Shown piece by piece: positions 9,531 through 19,300 of a stretch of DNA of 64,000 bases. The DNA lies in NCBI GenBank assembly GCA_025360715.1, contig JANYBS010000073.1:3048-67047 (forward strand). The letters are read 5' to 3'. The notes under the pieces were generated by a model, which was given only the letters and a program-made list of their open reading frames with translations, had not been told where the DNA came from and did not search any database. The stretch's first letter is position 1. Every line of letters begins with the position of its first letter. Source of the stretch: Candidatus Eiseniibacteriota bacterium. Its GTDB lineage: Bacteria > Eisenbacteria > RBG-16-71-46. The translations under genes and the position numbers were made by a program.

Positions 9531-9738
9531 AGGCTCCGCGTGGGGTTGAGGCTGGTCGCGCGCGCGCTGGCCGGGTGACCTGCGCGCACCGGTATCGAGA
9601 AGCGATTCGGCCGGAGTGTGCGTACCTTCGCGCGGGCCGTCAAGCGCACGCGGTGCGCTGTGGCGCAACGGCTTGCCGCCGCGCTAGACTTGACGCCAGC
9701 ACCACATCCCGAGTGTCCTTCCGGCTTCCAAGGAACCC

Positions 9739-12700
9739 ATGCAAGCTCATCCCACGCGACTTCATCCGATCGCCCTGCTGCTGCTTGGCCTGCTGCTGGT
9801 ACCGCCGCTGCCCGCGTATGCTGCGCGACTTGCGTTACCTGTGGCCGTGGCCGGCGCTCCCGCGCCCGCGGCGCCGTACTTTGCGGGTGACCGCCTGCTC
9901 GTGCGCCTGCGCCCTGCGGCCTCGCAGTTCCTGAGCGCTCGCCGCGCGGGGCCCACGCGCTCGGGCTTGCAGATGCGCTCGGGCCTCAACTCGCTCGATG
10001 CGGTGGCGGCCTCTCTGGGCGGCGCCACATTCGAGCCGGAGTTCGTGGGCGAGCACGCGCCGGATCCCGCGAGCGGCGATACACTCGACTTCAGCGCGTT
10101 CATGATCGTGCACATCCCCGAGGGCGCCAGCTTGGAAGCCGCGCTCGAACGCTTCGCGGCCTCGCCCGATGTGATGAGCGCAGAGCCGATTCCCATCACG
10201 CGCACATCGGCGCTGCCCAACGACTCGCTCTTCGCGCAGCAGGTATGGCTGCACAAGGACATCCTGCCGCGAGTCGACAACCGCGTGCTCGATGCGTGGA
10301 GCGTCGAGCAAGGCGATACGAACATCGTGATCGGCGTGGTCGACACGGGCATCATCCCGTACCACCCGGATCTCGGTGGGATCACGGCAGGGCTCACGGG
10401 CAACATGTATGTGAACCGCGCCGAGGCGGGCGGCCTGCCGGGAGTGGACGACGACCACAATGGCTTCATCGATGACGTGGGCGGTTGGGACTTCGTCGCC
10501 AATGCGAGTGCCGCCAGTGCCGCAACCGGCGAGGATTGGCGCGACCAGGACAACGACCCGAACGACTTCGCGGGCCACGGCACCACGGTGGCCGGCGTGA
10601 TCGGCGCGTTGATCGACAACACCATCGGCATGGCGGGCATGGTGCCCAACGCGCGGCTCATGCCGCTGCGCATCGGCTGGCAGCCCGCCGGCGGCACCCC
10701 GCCCAATGGTGACGTGAGCATGGACTACGCCGCGCAGGCGATCCGCTACGCCACGCTCATGCATGTGCAGGTGCTCAACTGCTCGTTCAGCTCGTTGTTC
10801 CTTTCCAGCCTCGACGCCGCAGTCACTGCGGCCTCACGCGCGGGCACGGCGCTGGTGGTGGCATCGGGCAACGGCAATGACCCGGCATATCTGGGCCAGC
10901 GCGAAGATGTGATCGCCGTGGCCGGCGTGGACTCCAGCGACGTGATCTGGCCCGGCTCCGTGCTAGGCGCGTGGGTCGATCTTTCGGCCGATGCCACGGG
11001 TATCGTTTCCACGTTCCTCAAGCGCACGACGCCCGACTCTGTCGGCGCGCGCCAGCCGAGCTATCGCGGATTCCTCAACGGCACCTCTTACGCCGCGCCG
11101 CAGGTGGCGAGTGCGCTCGCGCTCATGCAGGCGCAGCGCCTGCATCAGGGCCGCGTGCCTTACACGGTCGCGGGCGCGGTCATGCGCCTGCGTGAGACCG
11201 CCGACGACATCAGCGCGCTCAACACGGGCACGGGCTATGGCGCGGGCCGGCTCGATGTGTATCGGGCGTTGACCGATCGCACGGGTTCGCTGGCGGTGCG
11301 CACGCGCTCGCGGCAGGTGGGACCGCCCGTGATCCTGCGCGAGAACACCGGGCGCTCGCGCATCCTGATCGCGGCGAACGACAAGACGCTGGTGGCTTAC
11401 GACGGAGCCTCGGGCGATACCCTCTGGCGCGTGGTGCTGCCGGCGGTACCGGCGGGCGACATGGCCGCAGCGCCGATCGGCGCGGGCGTGGTCGGCGTGT
11501 TCATCCCCACTGCGAACGGCCGCGTACTTGGCTATACCAGCGACGGTGTCGTGCTTGCGGGATGGCCGCAAGTGGGCACGTCGGGCCAGCAGATGACGGG
11601 CGGCGTTGCGCTCGGCGACCTCGACGGCGACGGTCTGCCCGAAGTGGTGTGCAGCGCGGTCGATGGCCGCGTCTTCGCATGGCATGCGAACGGCGCGCTG
11701 CTCGCGAACTTCCCGTTCGACATGGGCGTGATCGGCTCGGGCGTGCCGGCGCTGGGCGAGCTCGACGGCGTGCCCGGCGACGAGATCGCGATCGTTGGCG
11801 GTGACAATCAGGTGCACGTGATCACGCAAGCGGGCATCGAGGCGCCAGGCTGGCCCATCGCCGCGCCGCCGGGTACGCGCGCGCCGGTGATCGCGCGGCT
11901 CGGCCACGCGGGTCCGGTCGCGCTGATCGTGGGCGGCAATGGCAGCATCACCGCGTATCGCGGCGATGGCACATCGCTCTGGACGCGCGCGTTCACGGGC
12001 ACGCTGGGGCAGGACCTGGCGCTTGGCGACCTCGACGGCGATGGCGCCGACGAAGTCGTCTATGTGACGGGCGGGCCCACCACGGTGAGCGTGTGCGATT
12101 CGGCGGGTGCGGTTTTCAGCAGACAGAACTGGCCGCTCACACCCACGGGCACGCCAGCCGGCGCGCTTGCGATCGGACCGCTGCGCGCCGGGCACAACGC
12201 GGGCGTGTGCTGGCTGCAGTCCACCGGGCTGGTGGCGTATGACGACAGTGCGCAGGTGGTGCGGTGGGTGCCCAAGAGTGGGATCGCGGGCGTGGCTCCG
12301 GCGCTTGCCGATCTCGACGGCGACGGCGCGACCAAGATCGTGGCGGGCATCGCGCTCGCAGATTCCAACTTGTATGTGTACGACGCGGGCGCGGGCTCAT
12401 TCGATGCAGCCAAGCTCGGCTGGCCGACGCCGCGCGGCGACGAATCGCGGCGTGCGAATCACGCCTCGCCGCCGCTGCTCGGCGTGATCGATCGCATCCG
12501 GCCGGCGCGCGTGAACGATCTTGTGGCGCAATCGCTCACCACCACGAGCGCGCGAGTCACTTGGACCATGACGGGCGACGACAGCCTTGCCGGCGCGGCG
12601 AGCGCCACCGAGTTGCGCTACGCCGCTTTCCCGCTCGATGCGAGCAACTTCATCGCGGGGCAGCGGGTACTCGCAACGCCGGTGGGCGCGACTGGCACGC

Positions 12701-13452
12701 GCGATACCGTGCTGGTGAGCGCTCTCGCCGAAGGGCAGCTCTACTACTTCGCGCTGCGCGTGAGTGACGCGGCGGGTAATCTGAGCGCCGTTTCGAACGT
12801 GGACACGGTCGCCATGGCCGGGGTGGCGCCGGCAACGGTGACGGACCTGCGCGTGACGGTGCAGGCCGACACGGCGGCCGCCCTCACGTGGACCGCGGTG
12901 GGCGATGACGGCAATGTGGGCCGGCCGGCGAGCTACACGATCGCCGCAAGCCTGGCACCGGTCGCGCTGGCGACCTTCGACGCATCGGCGCGATTGCTCA
13001 CGGTGGCGGCCACAGTGGATGCCGGCGGAACCGAACACGCCACCCTGAGCGGCCTCACGCGCGGTGAGCGCTGGAACTTCGCGCTGGTCGCGACCGATCA
13101 CACGGCGACGCGATCAGGACTCTCGAACCCCGTGGCGCTGATCCTGCCTGTGGGCGGCGCGCTGCGCGGCCACCTGGGCGTGGCGGTCGCTCAGCACACG
13201 CGGCCGTCTGGCGTGCCGGTCGTGCTGGACTGGCAGGGCGCGGCGGAAGCCGTCGGCACTCCGCAGACGCTCTCGATCCACGATCTCTCGGGCCGCATCG
13301 TGCGGAGCCTGCTGCTTGGCACCGCGGCAGGCGGTTCGGTGAATTGGGACGGCCGGGATGGAGAGAGTCGTCTCCTCCCGGCCGGTCTATACTTTGCGCG
13401 CCTGAGCAGTGGTGGCTTCCACGCTCAGACGCGCATCGTACTGGTCCCTTGA
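9739..13452 (+). CDS. Secreted subtilisin-like S8 serine protease with FG-GAP-type repeats, FN3 domains and a T9SS type-A C-terminal sorting domain
   Basis: Signal peptide present. Catalytic triad blocks: VGVVDTGI (Asp), HGTTVAGVIG (His), GTSYAAPQVASALAL (Ser). Repeated LGDLDGDGxxEVV motifs. C-terminus ...LSIHDLSGRIVRSLLLG...LPAGLYFARL...RIVLVP is a Por_Secre_tail. Confidence 0.85.
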   Translation: MQAHPTRLHPIALLLLGLLLVPPLPAYAARLALPVAVAGAPAPAAPYFAGDRLLVRLRPAASQFLSARRAGPTRSGLQMRSGLNSLDAVAASLGGATFEPEFVGEHAPDPASGDTLDFSAFMIVHIPEGASLEAALERFAASPDVMSAEPIPITRTSALPNDSLFAQQVWLHKDILPRVDNRVLDAWSVEQGDTNIVIGVVDTGIIPYHPDLGGITAGLTGNMYVNRAEAGGLPGVDDDHNGFIDDVGGWDFVANASAASAATGEDWRDQDNDPNDFAGHGTTVAGVIGALIDNTIGMAGMVPNARLMPLRIGWQPAGGTPPNGDVSMDYAAQAIRYATLMHVQVLNCSFSSLFLSSLDAAVTAASRAGTALVVASGNGNDPAYLGQREDVIAVAGVDSSDVIWPGSVLGAWVDLSADATGIVSTFLKRTTPDSVGARQPSYRGFLNGTSYAAPQVASALALMQAQRLHQGRVPYTVAGAVMRLRETADDISALNTGTGYGAGRLDVYRALTDRTGSLAVRTRSRQVGPPVILRENTGRSRILIAANDKTLVAYDGASGDTLWRVVLPAVPAGDMAAAPIGAGVVGVFIPTANGRVLGYTSDGVVLAGWPQVGTSGQQMTGGVALGDLDGDGLPEVVCSAVDGRVFAWHANGALLANFPFDMGVIGSGVPALGELDGVPGDEIAIVGGDNQVHVITQAGIEAPGWPIAAPPGTRAPVIARLGHAGPVALIVGGNGSITAYRGDGTSLWTRAFTGTLGQDLALGDLDGDGADEVVYVTGGPTTVSVCDSAGAVFSRQNWPLTPTGTPAGALAIGPLRAGHNAGVCWLQSTGLVAYDDSAQVVRWVPKSGIAGVAPALADLDGDGATKIVAGIALADSNLYVYDAGAGSFDAAKLGWPTPRGDESRRANHASPPLLGVIDRIRPARVNDLVAQSLTTTSARVTWTMTGDDSLAGAASATELRYAAFPLDASNFIAGQRVLATPVGATGTRDTVLVSALAEGQLYYFALRVSDAAGNLSAVSNVDTVAMAGVAPATVTDLRVTVQADTAAALTWTAVGDDGNVGRPASYTIAASLAPVALATFDASARLLTVAATVDAGGTEHATLSGLTRGERWNFALVATDHTATRSGLSNPVALILPVGGALRGHLGVAVAQHTRPSGVPVVLDWQGAAEAVGTPQTLSIHDLSGRIVRSLLLGTAAGGSVNWDGRDGESRLLPAGLYFARLSSGGFHAQTRIVLVP

Positions 13453-13484
13453 AGATGTACTCGAGCTGCACGTGAGCAGCTCTT

Positions 13485-13511
13485 GGCGCGGGCGGGTGCT
13501 TGACCCGCGCC
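13485..13511. terminator. GC-rich hairpin between convergent genes (candidate bidirectional terminator)
   Basis: GGCGCGGG (13485-13492) pairs with CCCGCGCC (13504-13511) around an 11-nt loop. It lies between the S8 protease stop (13452) and the minus-strand lipoprotein stop (13515). Confidence 0.45.
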
Positions 13512-13514
13512 GCA

Positions 13515-13997
13515 CTACTCCTGCGTCGGGTCGATCGGACGGCCGTTGGGGCCGACCTGCGGGCCGCCCGGGTTCGTGAACGGGTGGCGCACGATGCTGC
13601 CCGAGACCGCGAACGCGCTGCTCAGCCCGTTGCTGCCGTTCGAGCGGACGCCGTAGAACTGCGACACCGCGCTGCCCACGATCGGCATCGGCAGGTCGGT
13701 CGAGCCGACGGGGACGTTGGCGACGAGCGTGCCGGTGGCACCCGTCGAGGGATCGGCGTCGTACACGTACACATCGTACGAGGACACATTGGCGGACGCG
13801 CTGGCATCCCAGTTAAGGTGGTCACGGTTGCCCGCGGCGTCGAACGAACTGTGGACGTTCGTCGGCGCAGCCGGTGCCGTCTGGTTCACGACACCATTGA
13901 TCGGGCTCGTCACCTTCGAGCTGCCAAAGCAGCCCGTCAGCGAGAACATGGAGGCGCTCATCAGGAGCGCGAGTACGGCGGTGCGGTTGGACTTCAC
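13515..13997 (-). CDS. Small lipoprotein with an FN3-like domain (hypothetical)
   Basis: GTG start at 13995-13997, preceded by AAGGAGG 6 nt upstream (read on the minus strand). Lipobox ...AVLALLMSASMFSLTGC. The track ORF 13515..14150 is over-extended. Confidence 0.5.
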   Translation of the reverse strand: MKSNRTAVLALLMSASMFSLTGCFGSSKVTSPINGVVNQTAPAAPTNVHSSFDAAGNRDHLNWDASASANVSSYDVYVYDADPSTGATGTLVANVPVGSTDLPMPIVGSAVSQFYGVRSNGSNGLSSAFAVSGSIVRHPFTNPGGPQVGPNGRPIDPTQE

Positions 13998-14209
13998 GGT
14001 TGGCCTCCTTGTGTGACAACTGGATTCCGAGGGGGTGGGATGTAGGCCTCCAAGCCAGGGGCCCGTTTCGTTCTCCGGGGTGGGTAACAGCAACTGCGGT
14101 GCCAGACAGGGGGGCATGCGGCGTGCGGGACGTGAGTGACGCATTCGCAATCGTTAAGCCGGGTGTGCACAAGGCAACGCGCCCGGAATCCCTGGCCGCG
14201 ACATGCGCG

Positions 14210-16267
14210 ATGCAATGGCAACCCACACGGGCCATTGCGACCTGCTTGGCAACAGGGCTGGCTTTGGCGCTCTCTGCGGTGGCCGGGTTCGCCGCCCCAG
14301 CGCCGCCGCATGCCCCAGAGTTGGGCGCGGCGTTCTTGCGCGCGCCGCTCGCCGGCGCCTTGGTGATCACCGACGGCTTCGGCGCGGTGCGCAGCAACCA
14401 CTTCCACGCGGGCGTCGACCTATCGACCGGCGGCCGCGTGGGCGCCGATGTCTTTGCGCCGCTGCAATGCACGCTCGTGCGCGTGCGCGCGTCGGGCGCT
14501 GGGTACGGCCGCAGCCTCTATCTGATGTCGGGGGACGGTCGCATGATCGTGTTCGGCCACCTGGATGCCTTTGCGCCCGCTGTCGCGGCGTACGTGGACT
14601 CCGCACAGCGCGCGAGCGGCCGCTACGAGCAGGACCTGCAGCCCGCGCCCGGCCGGTTCGCTTTTGCGGCCGGTGAACGTGTGGCGTGGAGCGGCGAGAG
14701 CGGCGATGGGCCGCCGCACCTGCATATGGAAGTGCGCCATGGTGATTTCGCGTTGCATCCGCTGCTCGCGGGACTCCATATGGATGACCGCGATCCGCCC
14801 GTGCTTGATGCGCTCACGTTGGAGCCGCTCGAGGCGGGCTCGTTCGCGCAAGGGCTGGCGTCGCCGGTCACGCGCGCGCTTACGGGCATCGCGGCCGAGA
14901 CGCTCATCGTGCAGGGCCGCGTTCGCGCGGTCGTGCGCGCACACGATGTGATGGGTGCCGCCACGGCGCTGCCGCCGTGGTCGGTGCAGATGGACTACGC
15001 CGGGCAGACGACCACCGCAGCGTTCGACTCGATCTCGTGGGATGGCGAGATGTCGCAGCTGGGCATGGTGATCGACCGTGGCCGCATCGCGGGCGGGGAC
15101 GGAGTCATCCTCGACGCGCCCGAAGGCGTGCGCCCGCGATTCCTGAGTGGGGGAGATCCCGCTGCAGCAAGCAAGCGCTTGGGCGTGATCGCATTGCAAG
15201 CCGGCGAGCCCGCGCGTGCGCTCACGCTCACGGTGTGGGACGCCGCAGGCAACGCGGCCACGCGCAAGATCTACCTGCGTGGCCCGCGCGCGGGTGAGGG
15301 GCCGGACACCACGCAGGCACATGGCCTCAAGCCGCCGGTGGGCGCACCGCGCTGGACGTACGCGTCGTTGCCCGACAAGTGGGTGCGCGTGCGCGTGTCG
15401 AACGTGCCTGCCGGGCTCATGCAAGCGCGCATCGAGCGTGGCCGCGACAGCGACGAGGGCCACGCAGCCACGTGGGACGGCAGCGGCTGGAGCGCGCTCG
15501 TGCGCTGCAAGGGTATACCCGATGAAGATGGCTTCTGGTTCAAGGCGAAAGACAAGACCGGCAAGGCGTGGTGGACTCGCGGCAGCGTCACACTCTGGCC
15601 CGCGGGCGCCGATCTGCCGATCGACCAATCGCCACTCACGCGTGTGTCGCTGCTGCCCACGCGCGTGTTCGAAGGTGGCGTGGTCATGGGGGCGCTGCGC
15701 ACGGCTGTGAGCGCGTCCAAGGGCGAATGGCATGCGATGACGCCGGTGGTCTCGCTCGAGCCCTCGGACTGGCCGCTCGCACAGACCGCCACGGTCACGC
15801 TCAAGGCGCCCGACGGCATGGCGCTCGATCACCTGGTCGCCGCGCGGCGCAGCGGCGATGGCGAGACGTGGGAGTGGGCCAAGTCGACTTACGACGCCGC
15901 AACGCGCGTATTCACCATGGAGAGCGCGAGCTTCGGGCAGTTCGCGCTCATGCACGACACCACGCCGCCGCGCGTGACGCCGCTGACGCCGCCGCGCGTA
16001 GCGCTGGCCGGTGCGTACTCGCGCTGGGCGCTCACGGCCGCGGTGAGCGATGCCGGTAGTGGCATCGACCGCGAGACGAGCGCGTTCCAGGTGGACGGCG
16101 AACGCGTGCCCACCGAGTACGATGCCGAGGCGCACGTGCTGCGGTGGCGGGCCTTGCGGCCGCCGGCCGCCGGCCGCCACACCTACACCGTGGAAGTCGC
16201 CGACCGGGCGGGGAACCGCACGCGGAGCAGTGGTGTCTTTGTGCTAGATTCGGCGGCACATCACTAA
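14210..16267 (+). CDS. Secreted M23-family (LytM-type) metallopeptidase with a large C-terminal extension
   Basis: Signal peptide MQWQPTRAIATCLATGLALALSAVAGFA. The sequence contains HFHAGVDL and GESGDGPPHLHMEV (the HxxxD/HxH motifs of M23). Confidence 0.75.
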   Translation: MQWQPTRAIATCLATGLALALSAVAGFAAPAPPHAPELGAAFLRAPLAGALVITDGFGAVRSNHFHAGVDLSTGGRVGADVFAPLQCTLVRVRASGAGYGRSLYLMSGDGRMIVFGHLDAFAPAVAAYVDSAQRASGRYEQDLQPAPGRFAFAAGERVAWSGESGDGPPHLHMEVRHGDFALHPLLAGLHMDDRDPPVLDALTLEPLEAGSFAQGLASPVTRALTGIAAETLIVQGRVRAVVRAHDVMGAATALPPWSVQMDYAGQTTTAAFDSISWDGEMSQLGMVIDRGRIAGGDGVILDAPEGVRPRFLSGGDPAAASKRLGVIALQAGEPARALTLTVWDAAGNAATRKIYLRGPRAGEGPDTTQAHGLKPPVGAPRWTYASLPDKWVRVRVSNVPAGLMQARIERGRDSDEGHAATWDGSGWSALVRCKGIPDEDGFWFKAKDKTGKAWWTRGSVTLWPAGADLPIDQSPLTRVSLLPTRVFEGGVVMGALRTAVSASKGEWHAMTPVVSLEPSDWPLAQTATVTLKAPDGMALDHLVAARRSGDGETWEWAKSTYDAATRVFTMESASFGQFALMHDTTPPRVTPLTPPRVALAGAYSRWALTAAVSDAGSGIDRETSAFQVDGERVPTEYDAEAHVLRWRALRPPAAGRHTYTVEVADRAGNRTRSSGVFVLDSAAHH

Positions 16268-16338
16268 GCGCACGCTCCGGTTCTGGACCTGCGTCCGGTC
16301 GTCCCCACCGTCGCCACCGCCTCGCGCAGGACGCGCCC

Positions 16339-19300
16339 ATGAAGCATTCCGATTTCGTTCATCTGCATAACCATAGCGACTACTCGCTGCTGGATGGCGC
16401 TTCGTCCATCCAGGGCATGGTTCATCGTGCCGCCGAGCTGCAGATGCCCGCGCTCGCGCTCACGGACCATGGCGTCATGTTCGGTGCCATCGAGTTCTAT
16501 AACGAGGCGCGCAAGGCCGGCATCAAGCCCATCGTGGGCATGGAAGCCTATGTCACGCGCGGTGCGCGCAGCGCCCGCACTCGCGACGACAAGGCGCACC
16601 ATCTGGTGCTGCTCGCTCGCGACGAAGTGGGCTTCCATAACCTGATGCGGCTCTCGAGCCTGGCGTATCTCGAAGGCTTCTATTACAAGCCGCGCGTGGA
16701 CCACGAGATCCTGAGCCGTTTTTCACAAGGCATCCTCGCGCTGAGCGCGTGCCCGCAGGGCGAGATCGCCGCGGATCTCTTGGATGATCGCGACGAAGAG
16801 GCGCTCAAGACCGCGATGATGTATCGCGACATCTTCGGGCCCGAGAACTACTTCCTTGAGATCCAGAACCACGGCCTCGAGATCGAGACCAAGATCCGCG
16901 GCAAGGTCGAGCAGCTCGCACGCAAGACGGGTCTGCCGCTCGTGGCCACGAACGATTGCCACTACATCGGCAAGGACCACACCGAGGCGCAGGATGTACT
17001 GATCTGCATCCAGACCGGTAAGACGGTCAGCGAAGCGCAGCGCATGCGCGCACTGGCCGAGCTGCACTTCCGCACGCCCGACGAGATGCGCCTCGCGTTC
17101 CCGGATCATCCCGAAGCGATCGCGAACACGCTCGCGGTCGCGGAGCGTTGCAACCTGCAGCTGCAGCTGGGCAAGTTCCTGCTGCCGGAGTTCCCGTTGC
17201 CCGAAGGGTGGGCGAGCGCCGAGGAGTACTTTCGCGACCTGTCGTGGCGCGAACTCAAGGAGCGCTTCCGCGGGCAGGTGACCGACGAGAGGAAGACGCG
17301 CTTCGCGTACGAACTCGACGTGATCTGCAAGATGGGCTTCGCGTCGTACTTCTTGATCGTGCGCGACTTCATCAACTACGCGAAGTCGAACGGCATCGGC
17401 GTCGGCCCGGGCCGTGGCTCGGTGGCCGGTTCGCTGGTGGCCTTCGCGCTGCGCATCACGGATGTGGATCCGCTCAAGCATGGCCTCATCTTCGAGCGCT
17501 TCCTGAATCCGGAGCGCGTGACGATGCCCGATATCGATATCGATTTCGACGATCTTCGCCGCGGCGAAGTCATCGACTACGTGAAGCGCAAGTACGGCGA
17601 GACCAACGTCACGCAGATCATCACCTTCGGCACCATGGGCGCCAAGGGTGTGGTGCGTGACGTTGGCCGTGCGCTGGGCTTTCCGGTGGCCGAGGTCAAC
17701 TCGATCGCCAAGATGGTGCCCGATGGCCTGGGCATGACGCTCGAGCAGGCGCTGCAGGATTCGCCGGACTTGAAAGCGCTGCCCTCCAAGGGCGCTGACT
17801 ACGCGAAGCTGCTCAAGACCGCGCGCGTGCTCGAGGGCCTGGCGCGGCATGCGTCCACGCACGCGGCTGGTGTGCTGATCACGCCGGGGCCGCTGCTCGA
17901 CTATGTGCCGCTGTATCGCCAGAAAGACGGCTCGACCACGACCCAGTGGGATATGAAGTCGGTCGAGAAGGCGGGGCTGCTCAAGATGGACTTCCTCGGG
18001 CTGCGCACGCTGAGCGTGCTCGCCGAGGGCCTGCGCTTGGTGGAGAAGCACCACGGTCAGGTGATCGATTGGCAGGCGCTCGAGTTCGACGATCCGGCGG
18101 TCTACAAGCTCTTCCAGGAAGGCGACACGGTCGCGATCTTCCAGTTCGAGTCGCCGGGCATGCGCGACTACCTCAAGCGACTCAAGCCGACGGTGTTCGA
18201 GGACCTGGTCGCGATGAACGCGCTCTACCGCCCGGGCCCCATCGAGAACATCCCTTACTTCGTCGATTGCAAGCATGGCGTGAAGATCGCGAAGTATGAC
18301 CACGCCAAGCTCGAGCCGATCCTCAAGGGCACCTACGGCGTGTTCGTCTACCAGGAACAGGTCATGGGCGCCGCCCACGACCTGGCCGGCTTCTCGATGG
18401 CGCAAGCAGACGAGCTGCGCCGCGCCATGGGTAAGAAGAACGTCGAAGAGATGCAGAAGAAGCGCACCCAGTTCATCGAGGGCTGCGCGAAGAGCTCGAG
18501 GATCTCGGAGAAGGTCGCGGACAAGATCTTCACGACGATGGAGAAGTTCGCGGGCTACGGGTTCAACAAGTGTGTTTTAGAGAAAACGGAAATATTTAAT
18601 TTCGATACTGGTGAGAGAACCACGGTAGGCGAACTTTTCCGCAGCAAGCGCGAGTTCCATATTCACGCACTCGACAATCAATGGAAGTTGGTCCGACGCG
18701 CCGTGACCGACGTGGTGTGGAATGGGGTGAAGCCGGTCTTCGAGTTGAAGACCCTGCTCGGCCACCGCATCACCGCAACGTCCAATCACCCGTTGCGGAC
18801 ACTCGATGGATGGACCGACCTGGGAGACCTGAAGCCCGGGGACCACATCGCAGTCCCGCGCCGACTGGATATCGCCGGAGATCTGACCTGGCCGCGGCAT
18901 GAGATCATCACGCTCGCCGGATTGCTCGCTGAAGGCAATACCTGTCATCCTTCGACACTCTACTTCTACGGAAATGATCGCGTGCTCGTCGAAGATCTCC
19001 GCGACGCGGTGGCTTGCTTCCCGGATACGGTTGCGCGCATCCACGATCGCGGAGACGGTCGACTCGAGGTAGCGGCGAACCTCGGTGCCGGGTATGCCCG
19101 AGAGGGCGATGAAGCAGGCTGCGGGCTCGCTTCGCTGCACGGCAATCTCGCAGTAGTGATGGAAGCGTTGCCGCGCCGTTGCGGCGCATTCCAGTGGGCA
19201 CAACGTTTGGGCATCATCGGGAAAAAGGCGACCGAGAAGGTCGTGCCGCCGGACGTATTCCGATTGTCTGAAGCAGATCTGGAACTGTTTGTTGGACGGC

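Noticed and set aside
10963-12195. 410-aa minus-strand ORF inside the S8 protease gene
   Set aside because: Antisense artefact typical of ~70% GC DNA. It is Arg/Ala/His-rich with no domain signal, whereas the sense strand encodes a complete subtilase with signal peptide and CTD.
14420-16180. 586-aa minus-strand ORF antisense to the M23 peptidase gene
   Set aside because: Same reasoning. The sense strand has HxxxD/HxH M23 motifs and the antisense product is Arg-rich low complexity.
16144-16338. N-terminal extensions of the track ORFs for dnaE (16144), porU (22401), DUF4142 (4987), hutU (42353), the NHL protein (32806), the 1133-aa gene (33831), dinG (39064) and others
   Set aside because: The true starts were placed at internal ATG/GTG codons that restore canonical N-termini (PHP motif, signal peptides, MSVATGKR for HutU). 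Each has a Shine-Dalgarno or start/stop overlap. The extensions are Arg-rich and overlap upstream genes.
16723-18405. 560-aa minus-strand ORF antisense to dnaE
   Set aside because: dnaE on the plus strand is unambiguous. The antisense ORF is a GC-driven artefact.
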